Shown here: one piece after another, positions 25,807 to 38,340 of the stretch
Position numbering within the stretch: position 1 is the first letter of the stretch
How the letters are laid out: each line of letters opens with the position of its first letter
Assembly: GCF_006345805.1 (NCBI RefSeq)
Contig: NC_043002.1
Coordinates: 10,726,001 to 10,790,000, forward strand
Source: Octopus sinensis
Lineage: Eukaryota
Direction: 5' to 3'
Length of the DNA stretch: 64,000 bases
Made by a program: the position numbers and the translations under genes
The notes under the pieces: generated by a model
Told to the model about the DNA's origin: nothing
Seen by the model: the letters and a program-made list of their open reading frames with translations, nothing else
Database searches by the model: none

Positions 25807-26792
25807 AGGCGGCGAGCTGGCAGAAACGTTAAGAACGCTGGGCGAAATGCTTAGCGTTATTTCGTCAACCGCTACGTTCTGAGTTCAAATTCCGCCGAGG
25901 TCGACTTTGCTTTCATCCTTTCGGGGTCGATTAAATAAGTACCAGTTACGCACTGGAGTCAATATAATCGACTGAATCCGTTTGTCTGTCCTTGTTTGTC
26001 CTCTCTGCGTGGCAGCCCCTGGGGTGTAAAGAAATAGAAATGCTTAGCTTTATTTCGTCTACGTTCTGAGTTCAAATTCCACCGAGGTCGACTTTGCTTT
26101 CATCCTTTTGGGGTCAATTAAATAAGTACCAGTTACGCACTGGAGTCAATATAATCGACTGAATCCGTTTGTCTGTCCTTGTTTGTCCTCTCTGCGTGCA
26201 GCCCCTTGTGGGTAGTAAAGAAATAGAAATGCTTTATTTCGTCTACGTTCTGAGTTCAAATTCCACCGAGGTCGACTTTGCTTTCATCCTTTTGGGGTCA
26301 ATTAAATAAGTACCAGTTACGCACTGGAGTCAATATAATCGACTGAATCCGTTTGTCTGTCCTTGTTTGTCCTCTCTGCGTGCAGCCCCTTGTGGGTAGT
26401 AAAGAAATAGAAATGCTTAGCTTTATTTCGTCTACGTTCTGAGTTCAAATTCCACCGAGGTCGACTTTGCTTTCATCCTTTTGGGGTCAATTAAATAAGT
26501 ACCAGTTACGCACTGGAGTCAATATAATCGACTGAATCCGTTTGTCTGTCCTTGTTTGTCCTCTCTGCGTGCAGCCCCTTGTGGGCAGTAAAGAAATAGA
26601 AATGCTTAGCTTTATTTCGTCTACCGCTACGTTCTGAGTTCAAATTCCGCCGAGGTCGACTTTGCCTTTGATCCTTTCGGGGTCGATTAAATAAGTACCA
26701 GTTTCGCACTGGGGTCGATATAATCGACTTAATCCGTTTGTCTGTCCTTGTTTATCCTCTCTGTGTTTAGCCCCGTGGGTAGTAAAGAAATA
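25807..26792 (+). repeat. Tandem array of five SINE A units (one headed, four headless)
   Basis: ~185-bp units starting near 25807, 26039, 26227, 26410 and 26599. Confidence 0.92.
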
Positions 26793-26974
26793 AGAAATCC
26801 GGAACAAGCTGAAGTGAGATGGTGACGCAGATAAACACGATTGACAAATGTATGCGTACATACATATCTACTCTCTCCCTCTCTCTCTCTCCCTCTTTCT
26901 CTCTTTCTCTCTCTCTCTCTCTGTCACACACACACAAATGTATGTATATATATATATATATATATATATCACCG

Positions 26975-27273
26975 TCACCGTGACCGACCAGGCTATCAGA
27001 TGTTGCTACACATCGCTGGTCACAATGCACTTTGTATTGTTTTAGCCTTCAAGTGAAACCACTCCGCTGGCTAAGCGAGAAGTCCAACAGAAGAAAGAGT
27101 GAGAGAAAATTGTGGCGAAAGTGTACAGCAGGGATCGCCACCACCCCTTGCCGGAGGTTCGTGGAGCTGTTGGTGTTTTCGCTCAATAAACACTCACATC
27201 GCCCGGTTTGGGAATCAAAATCGCGATCCTAAGACCGCGACTCCGCTGCCCTAAACACTGGGCCATTGCGCCT

Positions 27274-27278
<5 letters not shown>
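26975..27278 (-). mobile_element. SINE family C, internally deleted
   Basis: Head GGAGGCGCAATGGCCCAGTG on the minus strand; body shared with 32796-33186. Confidence 0.8.
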
Positions 27279-27324
<46 letters not shown>

Positions 27325-27329
27325 CGAAA

Positions 27330-27687
27330 CAAGTTGAAAATAACGGTCAGTACATATTTTACCTTTATTGGACCAAATTTGGCTTACAGTTGTTTCCAGT
27401 AGTCATTATCGATACATTACTGATAGGTTTACTCAATCGGTCTATTTATCAACTGAGAAAAATTGAAGGATCTAAGAAAATTACTGCTACTTTTGTCAGA
27501 GTCATTTCTGATTATAACCAAAACTGGCTCTGACAAAAGTAGCATTAATTTTCTTAGATCCTTCAATTTTGCTCAGTTGATAAATAGACCGATTGAGTAA
27601 ACCTATTAGTAATGTACCTTGAAACAGCTGTAAAGCAAATTTAGTCCAATAAAAGTAAAATATGTACTGACCGTTATTCTTAACTTG
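27330..27687. repeat. Fold-back element, ~165-175-bp imperfect arms with a 20-bp loop, probably PLE-terminal
   Basis: 27330-27504 vs 27525-27687; GAAACAGCTGTA motif in the arm. Confidence 0.75.
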
Positions 27688-27906
27688 CATCTTGTTTATC
27701 ACTCTGTGTAAAAACCAGTTTGTCTAGAGCCCGACCAGGAATTTACAATATAGAATGGTGGCGAACCATAACCTTAGACCCTCCCAGAGGAATACTTGGA
27801 GTTCTTCACTAATCTAAACAATATTGTTAGCCTGGTGTTCCAACAGAGAGCTTATGAAGTATTTTCCCCGGATTGATAATCCCTCACTATCAGCTCTCTC
27901 TCTCTC

Positions 27907-27954
<48 letters not shown>

Positions 27955-27955
<1 letters not shown>

Positions 27956-28262
27956 CTGTCACTCCATCGGTTACAACCACTAAGTTCCAGGTTGATCCAA
28001 TCAACGGAACAGCCAGCCTGCTCGTGAAATTATCGTGCAAATGGCTAAGCACTTCACAGACACGTGTACCCTTAGCGTAGTTCTCTGGGAGATTCATCAT
28101 GTGGTAAAAGAGTACGGCAGAGTTCCCCACTACCCTCTGCTGGAACCTCGTGGAGTTTTTGGTGTTTTCATTCAATAAACACTCACAACGACCGGTCTGG
28201 GAATCGAAACCACGATCCTAAGACCGCGAGTCCGCTGCCCTAACCACTGGGCCATTGCGCCT

Positions 28263-28268
<6 letters not shown>
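27955..28268 (-). mobile_element. SINE family C, internally deleted
   Basis: Head and RTE-like tail match other copies. Confidence 0.8.
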
Positions 28269-28330
<62 letters not shown>

Positions 28331-28333
<3 letters not shown>

Positions 28334-28406
28334 GAGGCGCAATGGTCCAGTGGTTAGGGCAGCGGACTCGCGATCTTAGGATCGCGGTTTCGATTCCCAG
28401 ACCGGG
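28331..28406 (+). mobile_element. SINE family C head only, inverted relative to the neighbouring copy
   Basis: Reverse complement of ~28195-28268. Confidence 0.85.
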
Positions 28407-28427
28407 AATACATATATATGTGTATAT

Positions 28428-28526
<99 letters not shown>

Positions 28527-28889
28527 GGTAGATATATACATATAATCATATATAAAGAGTTATATTTACATAGAGCATAAAAATTCAGAATGATGAGACT
28601 ACATAATTTCTTGACACGATAGCTTTTGCTGGAAGCTTGGAATTACATTATGATCGTAATATTCATAATTTGCAAACGGAATATGCAAGCAAATCTTGCG
28701 TAAGCAACCAGTAAACAGTCACACGGAGATATTACAATAAGTCCGATTCCCCTCAAAACCATAATACAGATAGGAGCACAAACATCGTTGTGTGGTTAAG
28801 AACATCAATTTCACAACAGCGTTGTTTCAGATTCGATCTTACTATGCGCGATTTGATAACTTCTTTCTGCAATGGTGTCGAGGCGATCA

Positions 28890-29380
28890 AAACCTTGAGT
28901 GTGAAAGGTGTGCTGGATGGAAACTGCATAAAAGCTGCCCAGATTTTTACTTGGAAGACTTTATCCTTCTCCGCGGCTTAGCATCACCATTTAACCTGGA
29001 CGCTATCACAGAAGCTTGAGAGGCGGTTGGATGGAACCTACACTCGCCTCCTTATGAAAGCTCAAAATCTCTCGTGGAAGCGCCATCCAACCAAAATGCA
29101 AATATATGGGAAACTACCACCTGTGTCATCTCTTGTGAAAGGTAGGAGAGTCCAGTTTGCTGGACATTGTTGTAGAGTTGAAAATGAAGCAATTTCTACT
29201 CTTCTCCTCTGGAAGCCATCTACTCGCAATACCAGAGGGCGCACACTCTCCTACACTGATGTAATCTTCAGGGATACAGGCATCCAGCAACAGGACCTCC
29301 GTAATGCTATGATGGACCGTGAAGTCTGGCGTAGCATGGTAAATTCCACTGTCTCGACCAGGGTCGAACAATAATGGTGA
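28890..29380 (+). mobile_element. RTE-X-like LINE 3' fragment
   Basis: WTLSQKLERRLDGTYTRLLMKAQNLSWK...RRVQFAGHC...AMMDREVWR. Confidence 0.85.
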
Positions 29381-29401
29381 TCACCATTTGGTTATGATTA
29401 C

Positions 29402-29462
29402 CTTTCGACGGAAAGATACCTAGGTAAAGAATTGAGGAAAATTCTTAGTAGAGGATTTTTCT
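29402..29462 (-). CDS. Candidate exon KNPLLRIFLNSLPRYLSVE, phase 1 to 2
   Basis: Strong acceptor attctctcttcacag, donor gtaatc; single open frame. Confidence 0.35.
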
Positions 29463-29703
29463 CTGTGAAGAGAGAATAGTAGTCTACTATTAAACAGAAA
29501 GCTTATCTTCGTTCGTTGAGAAATGCAGCATCTGTACAAATATTCTCGAAACAACTGTAAAAAAAAATATCTTCACACCTTCTTACACACACACACGTAG
29601 AAGCACTTTCGGCAATACAACAAAATTAGAAGATATTAGCAATGGAAAATGATGTATTAATTATACATACATATATATGTATATATGTATATATATATAT
29701 ATA

Positions 29704-29762
<59 letters not shown>

Positions 29763-29815
29763 GACATATATACATATATATATTATATATATATATATAA
29801 TATATAGATATATAT

Positions 29816-29854
<39 letters not shown>

Positions 29855-30329
29855 TATATTATATATATATATATATAATATATATACATATATATATATA
29901 CATATACACACACATACACACACACATATATATATATATATATTCACAAAAAAGCAAAAGACGAAGACATGTGGTGTAGACAACAACAGATGTATTAGTA
30001 TAACGCTCGAGAAGTAAGTAATGTATGTATGTTGTGTATATGTACGTTTGTATTGAGAATATTATCATTAGCTTGAAGCATTGCAAGTGTGTCAATAGTA
30101 ATATTGTCTGGAAAAAATACTATCGGAAATGCAGGCGTAGAATTTGACAAGCTTAATTCTATAATAGACAAAGAAAAAGAAATGGGATTACCTTACATTC
30201 GTTCTTTTAATAACGGTATTCCGGAAAGATTCTACCTTTTGAAATAGAAGAAATGAAGTAATCAAACATTTGGGAGAAATTTTGTTTTTAGCGGAATGCA
30301 ATTCTAGACTGACGAATACGGTAATACTC

Positions 30330-30727
30330 TTTTACTCTTTTACTTGTTTCAGTCATTTGACTGCGGCCATGCTGGAGCACCGCCTTTTAGTCGAGCAAAT
30401 CGACCCCGGGACTTATTCTTTGTAAGCCCAGTACTTATTCTATCGGTCTCTTTTGCCGAACCGCTACGTGACGGGGACGTAAACACACCAGCATCGGTTG
30501 TCAAGCAATGCTAGGGGGACAAACACAGACACACAAACACATACATACACATATATACATATACATATATACGACAGGCTTCTTTCAGTTTCCGTCTACC
30601 AAATCTCCACTCACAAGGCATTGGTCGGCCCGGGGCTATAGCAGAATACACTTGCCCAAGATGCCACGCAGTGGGACTGAACCCGGAACCATGTGGTTGG
30701 TTAGCAAGCTACTTACCACACAGCCAC
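30330..30727 (-). mobile_element. SINE family B
   Basis: Full-length. Confidence 0.9.
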
Positions 30728-31833
30728 CGATTTAATACAACGGAAAACTTTTGTAACGTTGCGGACTTTGGTCATTCATCAGAGGAAAGATTGCAAGATG
30801 CATAAATGGAGAGACACAGATAAATATTGGTAAGAATAAGCGAAAGTTTTAGATGGAAAATGGAGAGATGGAGAGGAGAGCTTGGAGTTGATCTACGTCT
30901 TGAAGAGTTTATGACGGTTTGGTGGTGAGTGTATGTTACTGTGAGATATGTATGTATATTGAGGTGCGTAGGTGTGGAAGTATAGTGATATTAGTTAATG
31001 GGAGTGTGGGTGGATCGTTGTTGCTGTTGTGTGTGTATGTATGTGTGGGTGTGTGTGTTTGTATGGTTGTGTGTGATTTATAGGTAGGCGGAGGTGAAAG
31101 TGAGTGTGTTAGGAGGTGAAAGTGAACGCGAATGTGAGAAAATAAAGATGTTTCTGAGATACTTGGGACGACAAAAAGCAACGAAGAATTTTATTACTGA
31201 TATGTGTGAAATTGTATGAATGAAGAACGTAAGAACATGAAACGAAATGTTTTCAAGAATAATGGCGGTTTTAGAATAAAATATGAAAAAGCGGGAGAAA
31301 ATGTATGAATTCTGTGAAAAAAAGAAAAATTCAATGACATTAGTAAAAATCTACACAGTATTGGTAAAAAGGTCAGACGTTTGGTAGAGTGCTCAGAGGA
31401 TCGGAGGATCGGAGGAAACTGGTAAACCCAAAAGAAAGAGTAATTGTTACGGTGAAGCTGGTAAAATCCACAGGCAAGAAATGAACGTGAAGAGTTGGTA
31501 AAATTATAAAATCAGATACGACACACGAGGTATAAGAAAAAAAGAAGAGGTGGGGAAGGAATTATCTTTCTTGAAATATTCATGGTTGGTAAAAATAATG
31601 GAAGCAGTAGAAGTAATATAGCAAGTAGGTACCCGTAATATCCCAAATAGCTACACCGTCAGGCGAATAAATGACATCGTAAAAACTTACAGTACCAGAT
31701 CATCTGAAGAATTTCTAGATATTTTAGTATAAGCAACTAAAAAAAAATAGGGACTATTTCTACCTTAGAAGTAGAAAGTCTTTTCACCAATATACCAAAA
31801 GTAGAAACAATTGACAATACATTATATAATATA

Positions 31834-32229
31834 CTAGCAGTATCGCCCGGCGTTGCTCAGGTTTGTAAAGGAAATAACTATAAGGCATTTTTAGAGAGTT
31901 ATAGCCAAAAAATAGCAAAAAAATGCATTAAAAATGGAAAAAGAATTATGGTAAATTTTTTTTAAATCGTTGACTCATCGTAGACATTTTTAGAGAGTTA
32001 CTTCCCTTATATAATAACGAAAAAATGCGTTAAAATGGAAAAAAAATATGGTAAATTATTTTTAAAATCGTAGACTCATCGTAGACGCGCGCTAATACCC
32101 AGAAGGGCTCGATATGAATCACGACTATAAGATACCCGGTTTTGGTTAAACTGAGCCGCAAAATGTGGGAGTAGTTAGGAATCTAAATCGTAGGAGACAG
32201 ACACACAACCTTACTTTTATATATAAAGA
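31834..32229 (-). mobile_element. Non-autonomous Helitron-like element
   Basis: Minus strand 5' TCTTTATATATAAAA, 3' CTAG, A|T insertion site, no TSD; internal ~100-bp direct repeat. Confidence 0.7.
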
Positions 32230-32795
32230 TATAAAAAATGCAACAACGAAAATAAAACAACCCAAGATACTAAAGAAATTATTGTACAATCGTTTCGCTG
32301 CTCTCAAAGCAACTGTATTAATAAAAAGATGAAGTAGCTATGGGTTCTCCTCTTGGATCCGAGTTTGCCACATTCATCCAAACTAAAGAGAAATATTACC
32401 GAATTATAAAGATATTCACTCGATATATAATTATATGCTAGTTACAAGGTACAAGTTTAAAAGCTCCGAGAAATACGCTCTAAAGTACACCTCAGAAGTA
32501 AAATTGAACATCCAAAACAAAATTAATACGAATTCATTTTTAGATATACAAATTCTGGTTAAAAGCAACAGCTACATTACTTCCCTTAAAACAAAAGACA
32601 CTTACAAATGTTTATACCTACAAAGAAATAATGAATGATTGCATAGCTACAAAATGTTAAATGTAAAATAAGTACTTCGGAAAACATTTACATTCTCTTC
32701 TACAAATAAAATACTCACTTTAGACAACAGAATAAAGCAAGTAGTAATTAATAATATTATTAAAACAGACTAGAAATCAAGGCTGCTGATTCATA

Positions 32796-33186
32796 TATTT
32801 TTTTGAAGCACTCCGTCGGTTACGACGACGAGGGTTCCGGTTGATCCGAATCAACGGAACAGCCTGCTCGTGAAATTAACGTGTAAGTGGCTGAGCACTC
32901 CACAGACACGTGTACCCTTAACGTAGTTCTCGGGGATATTCAGCGTGACACAGAGAGTGACAAGGCCGGCCCTTTGAAATACAGGTACAATAGAAACAGG
33001 AAGTAAGAGTGAGAGAAAGTTGTGGTGAAAGAGTACAGCAGGGATCACCACCATCACCTGCCGGAGCCTCGTGGAGCTTTAGGTGTTTTCGCTCAATAAA
33101 CACTCACAACGCCCGGTCTGGGAATCGAAACCGCGATCCTCCGACCGCGAGTCCGTTGCCCTAACCACTGGGCCATTGCGCCTCCA
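32796..33186 (-). mobile_element. SINE family C, full-length with TSD
   Basis: CTGATTCATA at 32786-32795 and 33187-33196. Confidence 0.92.
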
Positions 33187-33360
33187 CTGATTCATAGAAA
33201 TAGAAATACAAAGCAACAAATACGTTAGACAATGCTACAAATAACTCACAAAGTGTGTTGCATTTACCAAATGCATATCAAGAACAGCACAGAAGAACCC
33301 GTAATCAAAAATCTCAACAGTTAAACCAAAACGCATCATACCAAATCATTACGCTAGTAA

Positions 33361-33939
33361 TCTCTATATCAGTGGTTTTCAACCAGGGATCCGCGGAACC
33401 TTAGGGTTCCGCCAGTCCAGTCCAGGGGTTCCGCAAGAAGTTACACAAATGCTAAAATCGACAGTAATTTTTATTTCTCCTGTGCAAATATGTGTGCATA
33501 AGACTATCAAATTATTGCACAGGGGTTCCTCGAGCCAGTGGAATGTTTCCTTGGGGTTCTGTTCCAGCAAAAAGGTTGAAAAGCACTGCTCTCTATATAT
33601 AAACGGCAAAATGTCTGTGTGTGTATGTCCTTTATACAAATCCACAATTCTTTAGTTAGAGAGCTTGCACTCTCTATGGTCATTCAAAACCGTCCAAGGG
33701 TGGTCGTGCACAACTTTACATTTCCCCAGTCCCCCGCAAAGCCATTAAAAAGTCAATAGAATTGACTTTTTGTGAATTTTCTATCCAAAACCCAATCAAA
33801 ATGCCCGAAACTTGAATACCAGCTAGCTGTATGTGATTGGTCGGAGATTTGGACAGTACTCGCATGTATGTGCGCACGCACGCAGCTGTATATGCATGCA
33901 CTAGCACTATGACTCGGCGTTGCCGGGTCATAGTGCTAG
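33361..33939 (+). mobile_element. Non-autonomous Helitron-like element with a hAT-MITE at its 5' end
   Basis: A|TC start; 3' hairpin ACTAGCACTATGACTCGGC/GCCGGGTCATAGTGCTAGT ending in CTAG|T. Confidence 0.75.
33370..33588. mobile_element. hAT-type MITE
   Basis: TIR CAGTGGTTTTCAACC / GGTTGAAAAGCACTG; approximate TSD (CTCTATAT / CTCTCTAT). Confidence 0.8.
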
Positions 33940-34334
33940 TATATTATTATATTAATATAATCAAATGATTTCCTTATTAATTCTGGCATCATATACACGT
34001 ACAGCAGAAGCTAAACGGAGAATGTTCGATGTAATTTACAAATTTCAGTGTAAATTTGAAAATTTCAATCTTCGCAGTTCCAACTATTTCATTGGCCAAA
34101 CAATTACAACGCTCTCTCGAAGGCTTATTATGCATCTAAAACAAGAAGATATTACAACATACTGCTATACACACCATACACGTGGTCAGCATAAGAAATT
34201 CTTAGCAGAAGATATCAACTCATTTACAAAATACCTTTCAAAACTAGGAGAGTTATCATAGAAGTAAAACTAATCTTTCAAATTTAGGCTTCAATTAATA
34301 GATTACACACACACTTCACAGTTTCTTTCTTTCT

Positions 34335-34542
34335 TTTCTTTTCTTTTACTTGTTTCAGTCATTTGACTGCGGCCATGCTGGAGCACCGCCTTTAGTCGAG
34401 CGAAACGACCCCGGGACTTATGCTTTGTAAGCCCAGTACTTATTCTATTGGTCTCTTTTTGCCGAACCGCTAAATGACGGGGACGTAAGCACGCCAGCAT
34501 CGGTTGTCAAGCAATGCTAAGGGGACAAACACACAAACACAA

Positions 34543-34580
<38 letters not shown>

Positions 34581-34752
34581 ACATATATACGACAGGCTTC
34601 TTTCAGTTTCCGTCTACCAAATCCACTCACAAGACATTGGTCGCCCCGGTGCTATAGCAGAAGACACTTGCCCAAGATGCCACGCAGTGAGTCTGAACCC
34701 GGAACCATGTGGTTGGTTAGCAAGCTATTTACCACACAGCCACTTCTGCGCC
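34335..34752 (-). mobile_element. SINE family B
   Basis: Full-length. Confidence 0.9.
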
Positions 34753-34834
34753 TTAGAAATTTAATAACGTGGAACACAAGCACTCTAACGCTGAATTTCT
34801 GGTGGTAATATCTATATAAATGTAAGGTGATTAC

Positions 34835-34897
34835 TTATAAATATAGAAGAAGAAATGCCGAACCCACTCCGTATCCTGAATATGACGCTGAGATAGT
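34835..34897 (-). CDS. Weak 63-nt candidate exon; two frames open (YLSVIFRIRSGFGISSSIFI or LSQRHIQDTEWVRHFFFYIY)
   Basis: Acceptor atcactttccag, donor gtaatc. Confidence 0.3.
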   Translation of the reverse strand, partial: TISASYSGYGVGSAFLLLYL

Positions 34898-35048
34898 CTG
34901 GAAAGTGATAGCAAATTTGAACTTGAGGGTAATTTTGATTGAAAACGAATAAGATCTGATACACGGATAATAGATTAGGTTAAAGAAGATCAAATCATAA
35001 CTTAGTCGTATTTTGAATACGACATGTATAAAATAAACAATATGTTCC

Positions 35049-35086
<38 letters not shown>

Positions 35087-35454
35087 TTCATGCATATGGC
35101 GCCACATACATACATATACATGTGTGTGGGGGTTGTGTTCGTGTGTGTACGTATGTATGTGTGTGTGGGCATGCGTGTTTGTTAGCAATTTTGTGTGTGT
35201 GCCTTTGTTTTAAAATCATGCGATAAGGCTAAACGAACCGCGTCGTTATAGGAGTAACCATGTTCGTCTCCAATCTTCCTTGAAAGCGTGTCAATTCAAG
35301 GGAAATATAACCGTCATTAGAAACAGGTGCGAGTTGTTGGCGACAGTCTGTAGATAATCTGCTTCAACAAATTCCGTCTGACTCATGCAAGCAGGGGAAA
35401 ATGAACGTTAAAATTATGACGACAGCGATGATGATACACGTATATATGTATGTG

Positions 35455-35558
<104 letters not shown>

Positions 35559-35589
35559 GATATATATATGTATATATATATATATATAT

Positions 35590-35761
35590 AGGCGCAGGAG
35601 TGGCTGTGTGGTAAGGAGCATGCTTACCAACCACATGGTTTCGGGTTCAGTCCCACAGCGTGGCACCTTGGACAAGTGACTTCTACTATAGCCTCGGGTC
35701 GACCAAAATCTTGTGAATGGATTTAGTCGACGGAAACTGAAAGAAGCCTGTCGTATATATG

Positions 35762-35798
<37 letters not shown>

Positions 35799-35990
35799 AT
35801 GTTTGTGTGTCTGTGTTTGTCCCCCCAACATTGCTGGTGTGTTTGCGTCGCCGTAACTTAGCGGTTCGGCAAAAGAGTACGATAGAATAAGTACTAGGCT
35901 TAAAAAGAAGAAGTCCCGGGGTCGATTTACTCGACTAAAGGCGGTGCTCCAGCATGGCCACAGTCAAATGACTGAAACAAGTAAAAGAGT
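35590..35990 (+). mobile_element. SINE family B
   Basis: Full-length. Confidence 0.9.
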
Positions 35991-36069
35991 ATATACATAA
36001 AACCACACATGTATAGTTTTGTGTACGCATTCAAATATTCATATTATAATAGAGACAGCCTTGGGTCAG

Positions 36070-36248
36070 TCTTCATGTTCTGAGCTCAAATTCCGGTGAG
36101 GTCGACTTTGCTTTTATCCTTTCGGGGTCGATAAATTACGTTGATAAGTACCAGCTACGAACTTGCGTCGATGTAATCGATTTAATCCCTTTGTCTGTCC
36201 ATGTTTGTATCCTTTATGTTTAGCCCCCTGTGAGCAATAAAGAAATAG
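36070..36248 (+). mobile_element. SINE family A, 5'-truncated
   Basis: B-box, core and tail present. Confidence 0.8.
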
Positions 36249-36599
36249 ATGTAGACAGCACTCATCAATAAGTACTTATGTTTTTATCTAAACGTGTGTG
36301 TGTGTGAGTATGTCTGTGTGTGTTTAATTTAAATGGTAAATATTGGCAGCTGCCTTTCAAAAAGCAAAAATGTTATATGATGTATGTTCTAAGTTTTAGC
36401 AATGAATTTGTGAGAGACATGAACAAAAGTCTGAGTAACAATAAAGTGAACAACCAAATGATTTCCAGTGCGTGTGTGCGTATACACACACACAAACACA
36501 CGCACGGACAAACTTACACTTGTATTAGTAATTTGGTAGTAGAACAAACGGAGAGAGAGAGAGAGAAGCGGAGGGACAAGCAGGCATACAGTTACTTAG

Positions 36600-36621
36600 A
36601 CATATACATATATATCTATAT

Positions 36622-36683
<62 letters not shown>

Positions 36684-36721
36684 GTAGATAGGCAGACAGA
36701 TAGACAGACAGACAGACAGGC

Positions 36722-36771
<50 letters not shown>

Positions 36772-37052
36772 GCAGGCATGCAGGTAGGTAGGTAGGTAGG
36801 AAGGAAGGTAGGTAGGTAGGTAGGTAGGTAGGAAGGTATGTAGGTACGTAGGTAGGTAGGAAGGTAGGTAGGTAGGTAGGTAGGTAGGTAGGTAGGTAGG
36901 TAGGTGGGTAGGAAGGTAAGTAGGTAGGTAGGAAGGTAGGTAGGTACGTAGGTAGGTAGGAAGGTAGGTAGTAGGTAGGTAGGTAGGTAGGTAGGTAGGT
37001 AGGTAGGTAGGTAGGTAAGTACGTACGCACAAACATAGAATAATAGATAGAT
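36600..37052. repeat. (GATA)n/(GACA)n/(GGTA)n compound microsatellite
   Basis: Direct. Confidence 0.95.
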
Positions 37053-37693
37053 AAGTTTCTTTATTGGCCACACAGGGCTGCACACAGATGAGACAAGTTA
37101 CAAGGTAGAGCTTGTCTTTTGGGAGATGAAAAAAACAAAAAACGAAAGAAACAAAAAAAGGGGTGGCGTAGGTTTTCGATCAAGAGGGGTCGTAAAAGGG
37201 AAGAAAAGAACAAAAAAATAAAAAATAAAAAATAAAAATAAAAAACAAGAAAAGGAAAAGGAACAAAAGAAAAGAGAAATGAAAAAAGAAGAAAAAAGGG
37301 GAAAAAAGGGGAAGAGGAAAAAAAACGATCAATAGGGATCGTGTATCACAGTGTTATGATATATGGTGTAAAGGGGAAAGCAAGTAAGGTTTATCCGTGG
37401 GAAGAAAAGCCTACGAAAAAGACCACGGTAATCTTGGTCAATATTGTTATATGTTACCACATTTGTTTGCAAGTGGGTAACCCTCTGTTTTCAATTTCTG
37501 GGTTCATAGGATTATGCTCAAGGTGGCTTCGTCATTCATACGTGCCATCCTTGCTACATTCACCCACAGGTCGGAAATTGTTGGACACTGCACGAGTTGC
37601 TTGAGAGCAACGCGACACTCGCGGTGCCATTCGCCCTTCCTCGGCCTCTTTTTGATCCACGACTGCAGTTCGGTCATGGAGACGAGCTGCGGG

Positions 37694-37695
<2 letters not shown>
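37053..37695 (-). mobile_element. 5'-truncated Tx1 LINE with two internal in-frame deletions
   Basis: ORF2 remnant FPQLV...ALKQL|VQCPTISDLW|VNVARM versus the full copy; 5' end joins (GATA)n at 37696. Confidence 0.92.
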
Positions 37696-37753
<58 letters not shown>

Positions 37754-37780
37754 GAAAGAGTCGGAAAGAGAGAGAGTCGT

Positions 37781-37812
<32 letters not shown>

Positions 37813-37821
37813 ATAGATAGT

Positions 37822-37860
<39 letters not shown>

Positions 37861-38340
37861 ATAGGTAGTTAGGTAGGTAGGTAGGTAGGTAGGTAGGTAG
37901 GTAAGTAGGTAAGTACGTACGCACAAACGTAGATTAATAGATAGATAGATAGATAGATATGTTTCTTTATTAGCCACACAGGGCTGCACACAGATAGAAC
38001 AAATTACAAGGTAGAGCTTTTCTTTTGAAGGTATTAAAAAAAAAAAAAAAAAAAAAAGGAAGGGGGAGGTTCGATCAAAAGGGATCGTAAAAGGAGAGAA
38101 AGAGGACAAAAATAAGGGGGGTTAAAAAAAAAAAAAAAAAGGGGGGGAGAGGAAAAAAAAATGATCAATAGGGATCACAGAAATGTCAATATGAAGTGTA
38201 AAGGGGAGGACAGGTGAGGGTTACCCGTGGAAAGAAAAGCCTGCGGAAAAGACCACGGTAACCTCGGTCAATGAAGTCACATTTTATATTTCTTTTTTTT
38301 TTTTTGCAAATAAGCAACTCTCTGTTTTCGATTTCTGGGT

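Larger units (their letters stand above)
31620..34310 (+). mobile_element. Fragmented Penelope-like element (RT plus GIY-YIG) with four nested insertions
   Basis: LEVESLFTNIPKVETID (~31765), AMGSPLG (~32340), VIYKFQC...YFIGQTITTLSRRLIMH (~34030-34135). Confidence 0.8.

Noticed and set aside
25807-25895. tRNA-like SINE heads as tRNA genes
   Set aside because: A/B boxes are present, but they continue into SINE bodies and do not form a clean cloverleaf
30195-30236. 39-nt exon candidate VESFRNTVIKRTN (minus)
   Set aside because: Good splice sites, but the phase does not fit the next candidate exon; too short to support alone
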